A DNA stretch of 64,000 nucleotides from a virus: positions 1 to 64,000 of the IMG/VR virus record IMGVR_UViG_3300005826_000037; one strand, given 5' to 3'. Position numbers and translations under genes: made by a program. Shown piece by piece: positions 39,301 through 47,712 of this stretch (the first letter of the stretch is position 1; each line of letters begins with the position of its first letter). The notes beneath the pieces were generated by a model. That model was not told the origin of the DNA. It searched no databases and saw nothing but the letters and a program-made list of their open reading frames with translations.

Positions 39301-41383
39301 AAGTAATTCCAACTTTATCTGGAGAATTTAATTGAGTAGAGTCTCCAAACTGAACTAAAACGCCAATACCTTCTTTCCATTTATACACCAATCCATCTGG
39401 AGCATAAAATACCCTGGTTGTAAGACCAGATGTAGGATCAATACTCTTATCTTGAATAATGTTTTCAGCAGTTAAAGGTTGCCCAATACTAGGTCCTTCC
39501 TTATGTTTAGCTAAACAATATGCCCCTTCAGACCCTTTATATGAAAGAAGATATTTATTCTCTTCTAATAATTCTGGTGTTTCTGCTTTAGTATTAGAGG
39601 ATATCGTATCAAATTTTGTTTTAAATGGAGTTAGAGGATCAAAAATAGAACCATTAAATACATCAACACCTGGTTTAAAGTTCACCTGCCCCATTTCAAA
39701 ATATTTGGTATTATCTTTACAACTAACATCTACCTTATGTGCCCCATTACTCCATTTAAGTGATGCTTTTTCTACCACGCCACCAAACACATGTATCCCT
39801 TCTTTTTCATCAACAAATTGAGAGCGTAAAGCTGCCCACATTGTATTTGGAAAATCTTTACCAACAAACGCTGCCTTTTCAATCTGAAAAACTGCATCAG
39901 TTTGTGGACTGAATACTGTATTGAAAGCACTCTTAAGATCTGTAAGTTGTTTTGCAATTCCTTGTATCAGACCCATTCCATTGAATGTATTAACCATTCC
40001 TCCCATTATAGTTTTGTCATATTTACTTCTTGATGAAATATAAATATGAACAACATCTTGTGGCTGGATAATTAGCTTTCCAAGGAAGTTAAATCTTAGC
40101 TTCCTTCTTGCATAGTTAGTTTTCTCATTTGCTGTCTGCAAAGAATTATTAGAATTTGCAATTAATGTTAATCTATCAAAAATAGCCTTAACTAGCCTAT
40201 TAAAAATATCAAGTTCTGAATCTGGAGAAGTTCTTGTAAGTTCTGTTTCTCTATCATATAGTTTTATTTTATTTGTTCCTAAACCATCTTCTCCTGCAAT
40301 AGCTCCACCTTGCAAATATTCCGGAGCAACAGTTACTCCACTAGAACTAGATGTAATAGATCCTAAAATGCCACTCAAAGCATTATAATCAAACTTTATC
40401 TCAGTACCTATTCTATCTATAATAGCAATAACTCTTCTTCCTAATAAAGTATCTGGATTAATTTTGAATGAAATTGCACTAGCACCCCTGTCTGCTCTAT
40501 ATTTATTCAATCTGTTTTGTAATTCATTAATTAATAGAGTTATATTTTCTTTTCCTGTTTGAAATGTTTTACTAGTGTAAAAAACATTTGATGCATCAGA
40601 AATTGCCCTCTCAATATCATAAGACGTAACCGTCATAGCATTATAAGGATCTTCCATAGAGAATTCACAATGTCCACTTCCAAGACTAACACCTAATGAT
40701 GTTGATAAATTAGAAAAATTGGTAAATTCAATTACTCCAGTTCCTTCTGCATATTGAGATTTAATTAAGTTTAAACTATCCGTAATCCATGTAGTATGTG
40801 GACTAGTTATGTTATAACCGTAAATTCTCTTTAATTTATCAGATATATTAACGGCACTAGTTGCTGCTGTACCACCACTTTCTGTAAATCCCGTATCAGA
40901 TAATTCGTCCATTAATGTTATTAACAACGGGATCATTGAATTATCTATCTCTCCAACAATTGAAGTTACTTTCTGTAATTTTGATAATTTTTCAAGAGTA
41001 GCAATTTGTCTGCACTTATTTTGGAAAAGAATCTTCATTGATCTGAAATATAGTTTTTCATCAGAGTTCATAAAATCTGGTCTGAAATTATCAGCAATTG
41101 ATGAGAACATCTTTTTCTTAACAAGAATCGTTGCATTTGGTTCTTGCATAAGAATTTCCAATTGTTTTGGAACGGTTTTATATGGAGTCTCTCTTAAATA
41201 ACCTTGTTCTAGATATCTTCTTTCTGCAGATTGATCAAACTTATTAGCAAAATCACCAAGCGCACCGTACTTAACTTCTTTACCATCAATTACAGAATCA
41301 AGAGTATGTGTAGTATTTTCTCCTAAAGAAAACTGATCTGCAAGCTGATTACCTAGTGCGCCCAAAAAATCTGAAAAACCCAT
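36386..41383 (-). CDS. Baseplate hub protein (gp27/gpD-like, expanded)
   Basis: VFGGVVE...VSCKD, LEVFCDTQGHIRVRAPQYN, GNVTISGNEFMQPGEVVYI...YYINSVSHSF...FTTNLNLTYG. Confidence 0.75.
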   Translation of the reverse strand: MGFSDFLGALGNQLADQFSLGENTTHTLDSVIDGKEVKYGALGDFANKFDQSAERRYLEQGYLRETPYKTVPKQLEILMQEPNATILVKKKMFSSIADNFRPDFMNSDEKLYFRSMKILFQNKCRQIATLEKLSKLQKVTSIVGEIDNSMIPLLITLMDELSDTGFTESGGTAATSAVNISDKLKRIYGYNITSPHTTWITDSLNLIKSQYAEGTGVIEFTNFSNLSTSLGVSLGSGHCEFSMEDPYNAMTVTSYDIERAISDASNVFYTSKTFQTGKENITLLINELQNRLNKYRADRGASAISFKINPDTLLGRRVIAIIDRIGTEIKFDYNALSGILGSITSSSSGVTVAPEYLQGGAIAGEDGLGTNKIKLYDRETELTRTSPDSELDIFNRLVKAIFDRLTLIANSNNSLQTANEKTNYARRKLRFNFLGKLIIQPQDVVHIYISSRSKYDKTIMGGMVNTFNGMGLIQGIAKQLTDLKSAFNTVFSPQTDAVFQIEKAAFVGKDFPNTMWAALRSQFVDEKEGIHVFGGVVEKASLKWSNGAHKVDVSCKDNTKYFEMGQVNFKPGVDVFNGSIFDPLTPFKTKFDTISSNTKAETPELLEENKYLLSYKGSEGAYCLAKHKEGPSIGQPLTAENIIQDKSIDPTSGLTTRVFYAPDGLVYKWKEGIGVLVQFGDSTQLNSPDKVGITSIYKDPFAGQDVMNVLSLLITGVPYNFATYWKSIGGGSFDGDPNTNRSAAETYFESIRTNLSKNNLLWGNFIPFKNLVVDESTFAKHLQGQFRISELNSRLDEYLQKYAKLAEETQTWNAFKEVGYDSVNDNPARKKIEADFSKVGESVRQLIVALRTQDKDYYVQNGDEVIYESSDEIDSFITDSNQNQVSAKTKFRKQLRRQVNFLTRRMSYNVRANDDKNLFIVDDYYDKDYDILAYNQELDGIKLYNNNFTSVLEKIRVTAGVLNLEVFCDTQGHIRVRAPQYNRMPSSIFYRMIEEKRSNGTQVYPEFVDELFTSKLQSLKEQIEIVEDYIRLQCATLGYNNDYECIQFIEFYNNGSTGYTPKQNTVGKDPFKFISNTYTGTINKIEDIVTDASSLEPSSYIKTIQSQSQSRNDVFSAPDRAQFILDTLRSQILKQGGFPFQAIENKRSLNRINELSDRIYDRTGVRVDLKTYTTTFDYVEGSTEQVPDLYKTTRDLSEKIAERQKAIRLFYATLKNCTEFKSIDTDQAFSNMLLSPSSYANENIPEVFSHMIEDETYDDYGPGSGSRYIIKNSQIQSFSFEESAPEYTGVEVRGTLNQFAPGALPGGFEGAFPGGGNPLTTAIAVDYDMWRNYGLKLPSQVNVPFLQNPHAQCAPYSSMLLSRARRGVLKGNVTISGNEFMQPGEVVYIEDRGLLYYINSVSHSFNYASGFTTNLNLTYGHAPGEYIPTTLDVMGKMIYNNRDLSSLVVQRQTSGLNEKPIAVLRLDANSVSYTDTSGYYFTADKNEVSFQNEREIKNALYSISQYVNTNEISVNNNPPINKVQIRYYYSNDKPANATIEGFAELVMKTFIGQSNLPSAETQSKYPPQTLSKDLVVIEAINLDDEDDPRSPSQNAWNIVRDLVASRASTSGDDSDKQNKEDSNNNTNSQGNIVKESDKLRSTLIRYIVDCWIVFDDENAQEVTGT

Positions 41384-42279
41384 TAAAATATTCCTTCATT
41401 ATTGAAATATGAATTTGGCGTGCCATAATCACTATATCCATTATTAGCACTCTTCGACCATGGGAAGTAATTAAGCCTATACCCTCTTCTTTGAGTTGCT
41501 ATAAATGACATCCTATAATTTAATAGGAAGTTATCTGCTCTCTCAGTTACATTCATGTTTTCAAAAAATCCTCTATAAACCCATCCACCATAATACATTT
41601 CAACACCAAAAGCCAACTGAGCCATTGTTGTTATATTTTTCGCAGACAATGCATTTGCACTTGGTGAATCAGCACCTAAAAGACCACCAAGAATTCCTCC
41701 AGCATCAGACCCAAATAAAGCATTACCTACAGCATTCAATCCTTGATTAGCAAGATCATTAACAGAATTAGAAGCTGCAAGAGACAAAGCAACGCCATCA
41801 TTAGCATATTGTTCTGCTCTATATATTTCATAAAGCATATTTATACCTTCTATTCCTGCACTTCCAGTAGTACCTTCAATATTGATTGTTGTAAGCTCTT
41901 CTCCCCAATATTGAAGTGTATACCCGCCTTTTGTTCTTACTTTAGTTATTAGCTTTTTATGATCATAAGTAATTCCTTGGGGATTTATATACATTCTTAC
42001 CAACCCAAACTCTGGAATAAACCATGTTATTATGTTTCTTTTAAAACCAGATTCTCTATTGTTTGATACCTTAGTATATGGCAAGCCATTTCCATCAGCA
42101 GAATATGCTGCGGGCACGGTAAATCCATCACCAGTAGTATAAGTTTTATTACCATTTAAGAAATCTTGTGCCTGATTCAATTTGTCTAATGCATATGTAG
42201 TGTTGTCACTAATAAAATCATTTGTCGCAACAGCTGCATTACCAATAGAATTTGCAACGCCATCAGCAAAATTTGCCAT
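41383..42279 (-). CDS. Tail tube initiator / baseplate tube-like protein
   Basis: MYINPQGI, RTKGGY-x-x-QYWGEEL-x-x-INIEGTTG, YRGFFENMNVTE; immediately after tape measure. Confidence 0.7.
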   Translation of the reverse strand: MANFADGVANSIGNAAVATNDFISDNTTYALDKLNQAQDFLNGNKTYTTGDGFTVPAAYSADGNGLPYTKVSNNRESGFKRNIITWFIPEFGLVRMYINPQGITYDHKKLITKVRTKGGYTLQYWGEELTTINIEGTTGSAGIEGINMLYEIYRAEQYANDGVALSLAASNSVNDLANQGLNAVGNALFGSDAGGILGGLLGADSPSANALSAKNITTMAQLAFGVEMYYGGWVYRGFFENMNVTERADNFLLNYRMSFIATQRRGYRLNYFPWSKSANNGYSDYGTPNSYFNNEGIF

Positions 42280-42288
42280 TTATTTACC

Positions 42289-44628
42289 TCATTTTCCTTC
42301 AGGAACTGATGTTACAGCCAAAGAATGTTCATTCGCTGAAATTTTATTACCTTCTTGATCTCTTAGCTCAATCACTATAGTTTCTGGCTCAAGTTTAACT
42401 TTAACTTCTGATTTTTCTTCTCCACCACGGCGACCAGGTGCGCCACCAGTTGCAGCTACAGCTGGTGCAGTTTCTGGTATTGCAGCAGCAACCATTGCTG
42501 GAGCTGTTTCTTCTCCAAAATCATATCTACTTCTTGCAGCCTTCTGCATTGCACCGAGAGGGGCACCACTCGCCACAGCGGGCTCAGTATTTTGCTTAAA
42601 AGGACTATACATCTCTTCGGTAGTTCTAATTAATGACTGTCTTTTATTAGCTTCATTTTCCCTAGATTTGATTTCTTCTGCCAAATTCGCTTTATCTTTA
42701 CCAGAAGCTAGCTTCATCTGCTCTCTTTTTCTATCAGTTTCAGCTTTATAATCTTCCAATTTTTTCTCTGCTTCTTCAAAAACTTCAGTATTTAGATGTT
42801 GAACAAAGCCTTCAACTGTAGTTGGAATAACACCAAAAGTATCTTTTAGGTCATTAGCTTTTTCTTGAAAAAATTTCACAGCATTGTCTGGCATTCTTTC
42901 ATTTGAACCAATTAGATTGGCAGATTCACCTCCAGAAGTAGCCCCTGCACTCATTGCATTACTAATTGCTTGTTTTCTTGCTTGAACAGCAGACGGTTCA
43001 TTAGCAAATGTTTTACCAGAAGCTCCAGCCATCATTTGTTGTAAATTAGCCATTCCACTTGCTTGCATTATTCTGAGCATAGCATTAGTATCTGCCCTCA
43101 TCATAGAAATAGGAGTTGCTGTTTGTTTTTGCAGCTCATTACCTTGTTTCATGGTATCTTGTAGAATATCTTTAAGGTCTTTAGTGCTTCCGCCTTTACC
43201 CATTGAAGCAAAAGCTTCTACTAATCTACCTGCTTCTTGTTCATTTCTTGCAAGACCACCTAAAGGTCCTTTCATAAGCATTTGTCTTTGTTTTACAAGT
43301 GCTGATGCTGCTGATTCGGATTTTGAAGCTTCTTCAACAGAAACAACCTTTCCAAATTGTTGAGTCATGGTCTTTCTAACTTTTTCCATAACCTCATCCA
43401 TTTTACCTTCACGCATCAACTGTTCGATCTTAAATGCGCCTCTAAGACCACCAGGTCCACCAGTTTGAGAGGAAATAAATGAACGAGATGCTATATCTAA
43501 ATCTCCAACTTTTTTGGTCATGTTGGTTATAACATCCATTGCTGCAGCGCCACTTATTCCAGTATCTTTAAGTGCTTGAATATAATTATTCATAACTTTA
43601 GAAGCACCTTCCATCATTTTAGATGCTCCATCTCCATCATGACCAAACATTCTCAAACTTTGAGAAGTGCTTGTAATTGCTGCCCTGACTTTGTCCAATT
43701 GAATATTATAATCATTTGATAATTGACCAATTCTTGATGTAAATCTTAAAGCATCTTCACCAACCAAATTATAATCAACAAATGCAGTATCTAGGTCTTT
43801 AACAACATCTTCAAATTTACGACCACTACCCTCAGAATACTGCATTGCTGCAGTTAACATATTTACACTTTTTTGACTTTCATTAAAGCCTGTTACATTT
43901 GATTCTAATGCTCCTGGTATTTTTGCTAATGATACATAATAGCTCTCTACAGCTTCTTTTGGTTTTTGTGTTGCTTTTTCGACATCACTAAGATATTTTC
44001 CCTGAGCAACAATAACACTATTTATATTCTCAAAACTATCTCCAGCCTGATTAATTACTTTACCAAGATTACCTGCAGATGCAGCTGTCATTAATATGGC
44101 ATTCTGAAATCTTAATGCATTATCAGCACTTTCAGCCATATTTTTAGCAGTTTTAATTAAAAAATTTCCTAATTCATCTACACTTTTTATACCCTTAATA
44201 TCAATTCCAAATGAAGAAGCAAGTTTTCTCATATCTTCTAATGGTGTTTTGCCCGCTTTTATACCTACTACTAGATCTTCAAATTGACCAGCAAAAGTAT
44301 TTAATCCAGTTTGAGATTGACCAAATGACTCAAAACTTCTAGATGTTTTTATAAGTCCTGCATTTAACATAGAAAGAGCATTGACCTGTTTATCTGTCAT
44401 TTTTGAAGTATCAATTAAAGAGTCTTTAATACCAGCCATTGTTTTAAATGTATTTAACATTGCTGTTTCAGCACCATTATATATTTCAACAATCTTTTGA
44501 GTCACATTAATATTAACACCCATCTTTTCTGTAAGATTAGAAAAAGATTCTCCTAAAGAATTAATTTGTTCTTTAGTCAAACCAATCTGTTCTCCTGATT
44601 TTTTAAGAACTTCTGAAAAATCTACCAT
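42289..44628 (-). CDS. Tape measure protein
   Basis: Long A/S/M/K-rich helical protein directly after the frameshifted chaperone pair and before tube initiator and hub. Confidence 0.75.
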   Translation of the reverse strand: MVDFSEVLKKSGEQIGLTKEQINSLGESFSNLTEKMGVNINVTQKIVEIYNGAETAMLNTFKTMAGIKDSLIDTSKMTDKQVNALSMLNAGLIKTSRSFESFGQSQTGLNTFAGQFEDLVVGIKAGKTPLEDMRKLASSFGIDIKGIKSVDELGNFLIKTAKNMAESADNALRFQNAILMTAASAGNLGKVINQAGDSFENINSVIVAQGKYLSDVEKATQKPKEAVESYYVSLAKIPGALESNVTGFNESQKSVNMLTAAMQYSEGSGRKFEDVVKDLDTAFVDYNLVGEDALRFTSRIGQLSNDYNIQLDKVRAAITSTSQSLRMFGHDGDGASKMMEGASKVMNNYIQALKDTGISGAAAMDVITNMTKKVGDLDIASRSFISSQTGGPGGLRGAFKIEQLMREGKMDEVMEKVRKTMTQQFGKVVSVEEASKSESAASALVKQRQMLMKGPLGGLARNEQEAGRLVEAFASMGKGGSTKDLKDILQDTMKQGNELQKQTATPISMMRADTNAMLRIMQASGMANLQQMMAGASGKTFANEPSAVQARKQAISNAMSAGATSGGESANLIGSNERMPDNAVKFFQEKANDLKDTFGVIPTTVEGFVQHLNTEVFEEAEKKLEDYKAETDRKREQMKLASGKDKANLAEEIKSRENEANKRQSLIRTTEEMYSPFKQNTEPAVASGAPLGAMQKAARSRYDFGEETAPAMVAAAIPETAPAVAATGGAPGRRGGEEKSEVKVKLEPETIVIELRDQEGNKISANEHSLAVTSVPEGK

Positions 44629-44631
44629 CTA

Positions 44632-44981
44632 TTATGCCTTTGGTTTTCTACGACGTCTTTTCTTCTTCTGAGCTTCTTTTTCCTGCAACATTAAGCTTTG
44701 TTCTTTAACTATTCTTGAAGACTCTTCAAATTCTTCATCTGTTGTCTCAATAGAATTTCCTCCAAGTATATTCTGAACAGCTTCTGGATTCCAGAATGAT
44801 GCTAATAAATATGCGTGATTTTTAGCTAGTTCCGCTTTTTGTTTTTGATCTGCTACCCAGTTTTCATACATCCATAATTTTTGAACCGGATCCATATCTG
44901 TTATTCTTGGATCGTCTGGAGTTGTCTGATAAACATTCGAACACAGATACCAGATAAAACGGTGTTCCGGTTCGTTTATTA
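44632..44981 (-). CDS. Tail assembly chaperone, -1 frame (GT-like) extension
   Basis: The -1 frame from the A7 run reads IINEPEHRFIWYLCSNVYQTTPDDPRITD without a stop into the MDPVQKLW ORF (44632-44895). Confidence 0.8.
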
Positions 44982-44988
44982 TTTTTTT
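44883..44988 (-). other. Programmed -1 ribosomal frameshift signal (A7 heptamer plus downstream stem-loop)
   Basis: A7 at 44982-44988, 8-nt spacer, then GAACCGGA pairing with TCCGGTTC (44966-44973 / 44883-44890) and an inner TATCTGT/ACAGATA stem. Confidence 0.8.
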
Positions 44989-45629
44989 ATTTCTTCAACA
45001 ACTACTTTAGCATCTTCTTCTGTTTGTACAGAATACTTATCTCTAGCCTCTTTCGCCATTATCGTATATTCTGAATATAATCTTGATAATAACGCGTCAT
45101 CTAACTCTTCAATAAAACTAAGTCTTGCAGATAACTCACCTGAACCAATAAACTGATCTACTGAAACATTAGCAATTTCTACAAGTGAACGAGCTAACAA
45201 TTGTTTTCTAATTTCAAATGGAAACTCTATAGTGTTATCAAACTTAGAAGACTCAATAATAGCCTCTCTAAGCTCCTTGCCTTTTAATGATTGCAATACA
45301 AATTTATTATTATCAACCTCTACTTCTCTTGTGGTTCTAGTCATGCCCATTAAAATCTCAAGACGTTTCTTTGCTCCATCAGAGATTTTAGACGTTTGCA
45401 TCTTTCTCATAGCTCTAGCCTCCCTAACCTGCCTTTCTATCTCAGCAATATCTTCAGGAGGCGCCATCTGCTGCATTTGTTGTACTTGTTGCATCAATTG
45501 AGGATTCATTTGAGGTGGATATGGTTCTTGATACCCACTTTCATCAGGGATATCAAAACTTCTCATTTGAGAACCACCAAACTTTTTACTTCCTATTTCA
45601 CTATCATATCCAGCCATAAAAAACTCCAC
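44979..45629 (-). CDS. Tail assembly chaperone (G-like)
   Basis: Between tube and tape measure; ends ...EEIKK at a slippery A AAA AAA immediately before TAA. Confidence 0.8.
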   Translation of the reverse strand: MEFFMAGYDSEIGSKKFGGSQMRSFDIPDESGYQEPYPPQMNPQLMQQVQQMQQMAPPEDIAEIERQVREARAMRKMQTSKISDGAKKRLEILMGMTRTTREVEVDNNKFVLQSLKGKELREAIIESSKFDNTIEFPFEIRKQLLARSLVEIANVSVDQFIGSGELSARLSFIEELDDALLSRLYSEYTIMAKEARDKYSVQTEEDAKVVVEEIKK

Positions 45630-45686
45630 ATTACTATTTGTTATTCGAACAATGGAATTAAAACCATTCTAATATTGAATATAACA

Positions 45687-46975
45687 GTGAACTACTACTG
45701 ACTAAAGCCAGGAGCTTCTACCTTCTTTGACCTTTCTACTGAAAGCGCCTCCGGTAGTTTTTGATACGGGACTGCGTTCCACAACCCCAAGTTTATCATG
45801 CCTTTTTCTCTAATATTTAAAGCGGCATTTAAATCTCTATCATGATCTTCACTACAAATTGGACAAGTCCACTCTCTAATATTTAGAGGTAAACTATCAA
45901 CTACAAATTTACACTTATTGCATGTTTTGCTACTTGGAAAAAATCTATCTATCTGATGAAAAGTTCTTCCATACCATTTAGCTTTATATTCCAACTGCCT
46001 TGTTAATTCTCCCCAAGATGCATCTTGAATACTTTTAGAAAGTTTATGGTTCTTAATCATATTCTTCATAGATAAATCCTCAGCAATTATAACTTGGTTT
46101 TCGTTAATTAGTTGATGAGTTATTTTGTGAAGTTGATCTAATCTTCTATTAGATATTCTTTGATGCAATTTAGCAACTCTAAGTCTTCTTTTTTTTCTAT
46201 TAGAAGAACCTTTTTGTGATCTGGAAAGTTTTCTCTGATGAAAAGCTAATTGTTTTTCACTTTGCCTGTAGAACTTATGATTGCTAAAATATTCACCTTC
46301 AGAAGTTATTACCAAATCTTTTAAACCTAAATCTATTCCAAGTGAAAAATCATTCTTTGGTAGTTCTTCAATATTTAGTTTGCATAAAATTGAAGCAAAA
46401 TATTGATTTGAAGGATTTTTAGAAATGAACAAGCATACTTGATTATCTGGCAGTTCTTGATGCAAATTAATTTTAATACTACTATTAAGTTTAGGAATAT
46501 GTAGTTTATTATTAATAACCTTAAAATTCTGTGGTATTTTAAATGATTGCTTATTAGTTTTTTTATGAAAATTAGGAAAACTACTTTGTTTCTTAAAAAA
46601 ACGGAGATAAGCAATATCAAGATTTCTTAAAGAGAACTGAAGAGATTGAGAATTAATATCTTTTAACCAAGTGAGTTCATCTTGTTTTTTAAGTTTAGTT
46701 AATTCTTTACTATCTTGGTGATAGTTAGATAATTTCTTATTATTTAGATATTCATCTTTTCGTTTAGCTAAAAAGTAATTATATACATATCTTATGGCAC
46801 CAAACTGTTGAGCTAGAAATTGTTTCTGTTCATTAGTTGGATAGATACGAAATCTAAAACTTTTCAGCACTTCATTCATATTAGAATATATATCACATCA
46901 TTAGTAAAGATTTTTACAAAAAAATGCAAAAAATTTAAATTGCAAATTAACCCTCTGCCTAAAGAGATTTTTTGG
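45687..46975 (-). mobile_element. IS200/IS605-family non-autonomous (TnpB-only) element
   Basis: Right end GAAGCTCCTGGC-TTTA-GTCAGTAGTAGTTCAC ending at 45687; degenerate CTTTAGGCAGAG hairpin near 46950-46970 as candidate left end (approximate); no tnpA in the window. Confidence 0.7.
45695..46879 (-). CDS. tnpB: RNA-guided endonuclease TnpB
   Basis: N-terminal FRFRIYPT...RYVYN HTH; RuvC-I GIDLG, RuvC-II AEDL, Zn ribbon SSKTC-x2-C...CPIC, RuvC-III DRDLNAALNI; catalytic D-E-D intact. Confidence 0.95.
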   Translation of the reverse strand: MNEVLKSFRFRIYPTNEQKQFLAQQFGAIRYVYNYFLAKRKDEYLNNKKLSNYHQDSKELTKLKKQDELTWLKDINSQSLQFSLRNLDIAYLRFFKKQSSFPNFHKKTNKQSFKIPQNFKVINNKLHIPKLNSSIKINLHQELPDNQVCLFISKNPSNQYFASILCKLNIEELPKNDFSLGIDLGLKDLVITSEGEYFSNHKFYRQSEKQLAFHQRKLSRSQKGSSNRKKRRLRVAKLHQRISNRRLDQLHKITHQLINENQVIIAEDLSMKNMIKNHKLSKSIQDASWGELTRQLEYKAKWYGRTFHQIDRFFPSSKTCNKCKFVVDSLPLNIREWTCPICSEDHDRDLNAALNIREKGMINLGLWNAVPYQKLPEALSVERSKKVEAPGFSQ

Positions 46976-46987
46976 TACTTAAATGAT

Positions 46988-47020
46988 AAAAAAGCGAATA
47001 GCTTTTACACCATTCGCTTC
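46988..47020 (-). terminator. Rho-independent terminator after the tail tube gene
   Basis: Minus strand AAGCGAAT-ggtgtaaaagct-ATTCGCTT followed by a T run. Confidence 0.75.
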
Positions 47021-47045
47021 TTTAAGTAATTAGGGAGTCAAAGTA

Positions 47046-47696
47046 TTAGAATAGATCGCCGTTAACACCGATATCAATCAAGCCGCCAGCATCCAAAGAT
47101 CCTCTTCTGCCATTTGCGCCTCTATCGACTGCTCTCTCAATTATTCCAGCTGTGGTGTTCCAAACTGCTGGATTAACGATCTGTCTCTCTCCACCTTGTG
47201 CTACGTTATTTCCACCCGCAATATGGCTAGAAATACTCTCAGCCATCCAACTCATATTATCTGTAATAATCCAATCAGACGCACTATATGTATATTCAAT
47301 TGATTGAATCCATACGTTTTTAATTATTGTAGATACCCATTGTGCATTACTTTGCTTTTGTTTATCTAAAATAACAATATCAAAGGGATAAATTTGTGAC
47401 GCAACATGGATAAAACTTCTTGAAAAAGCCTCTGCTACTCTTAACCTATCAAATCTAATTCTTGAGCAACTTCCAGAAATATTGGTTGAGGTATTAGGAA
47501 CCGAATCAATATGACCATCAGTTCCTACTTCATCAATAGGTTTAATCCCGCGCTCTTCTCTAACCTGTAGACTTTGAACAGCTCCAACAGCAATATCATT
47601 AACAGTAATGATAATGTTGGTTGAAACAGCAGTACTTGTTTTATTTACGCCACTTGTCCAATCTAAGGTTGAACTAGTATTAATTGCGTTAGCCAT
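47046..47696 (-). CDS. Tail tube protein
   Basis: Directly after sheath; VGAVQSLQVRE-x-R...EVGTDG...YPFDIVI...IKNVWI...Y...ITDNMSWMAE tube fold pattern; GGAG RBS. Confidence 0.85.
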   Translation of the reverse strand: MANAINTSSTLDWTSGVNKTSTAVSTNIIITVNDIAVGAVQSLQVREERGIKPIDEVGTDGHIDSVPNTSTNISGSCSRIRFDRLRVAEAFSRSFIHVASQIYPFDIVILDKQKQSNAQWVSTIIKNVWIQSIEYTYSASDWIITDNMSWMAESISSHIAGGNNVAQGGERQIVNPAVWNTTAGIIERAVDRGANGRRGSLDAGGLIDIGVNGDLF

Positions 47697-47712
47697 TTTT
47701 ATATCTCCCTAA

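Noticed and set aside
45665-46887. Imperfect inverted repeat ATTCTAATATTGAAT / ATTCATATTAGAAT flanking tnpB (possible TIR or self-targeting guide)
   Set aside because: It is short, AT-rich and gapped, does not match the guide seed, and IS200/IS605 elements do not use terminal inverted repeats.
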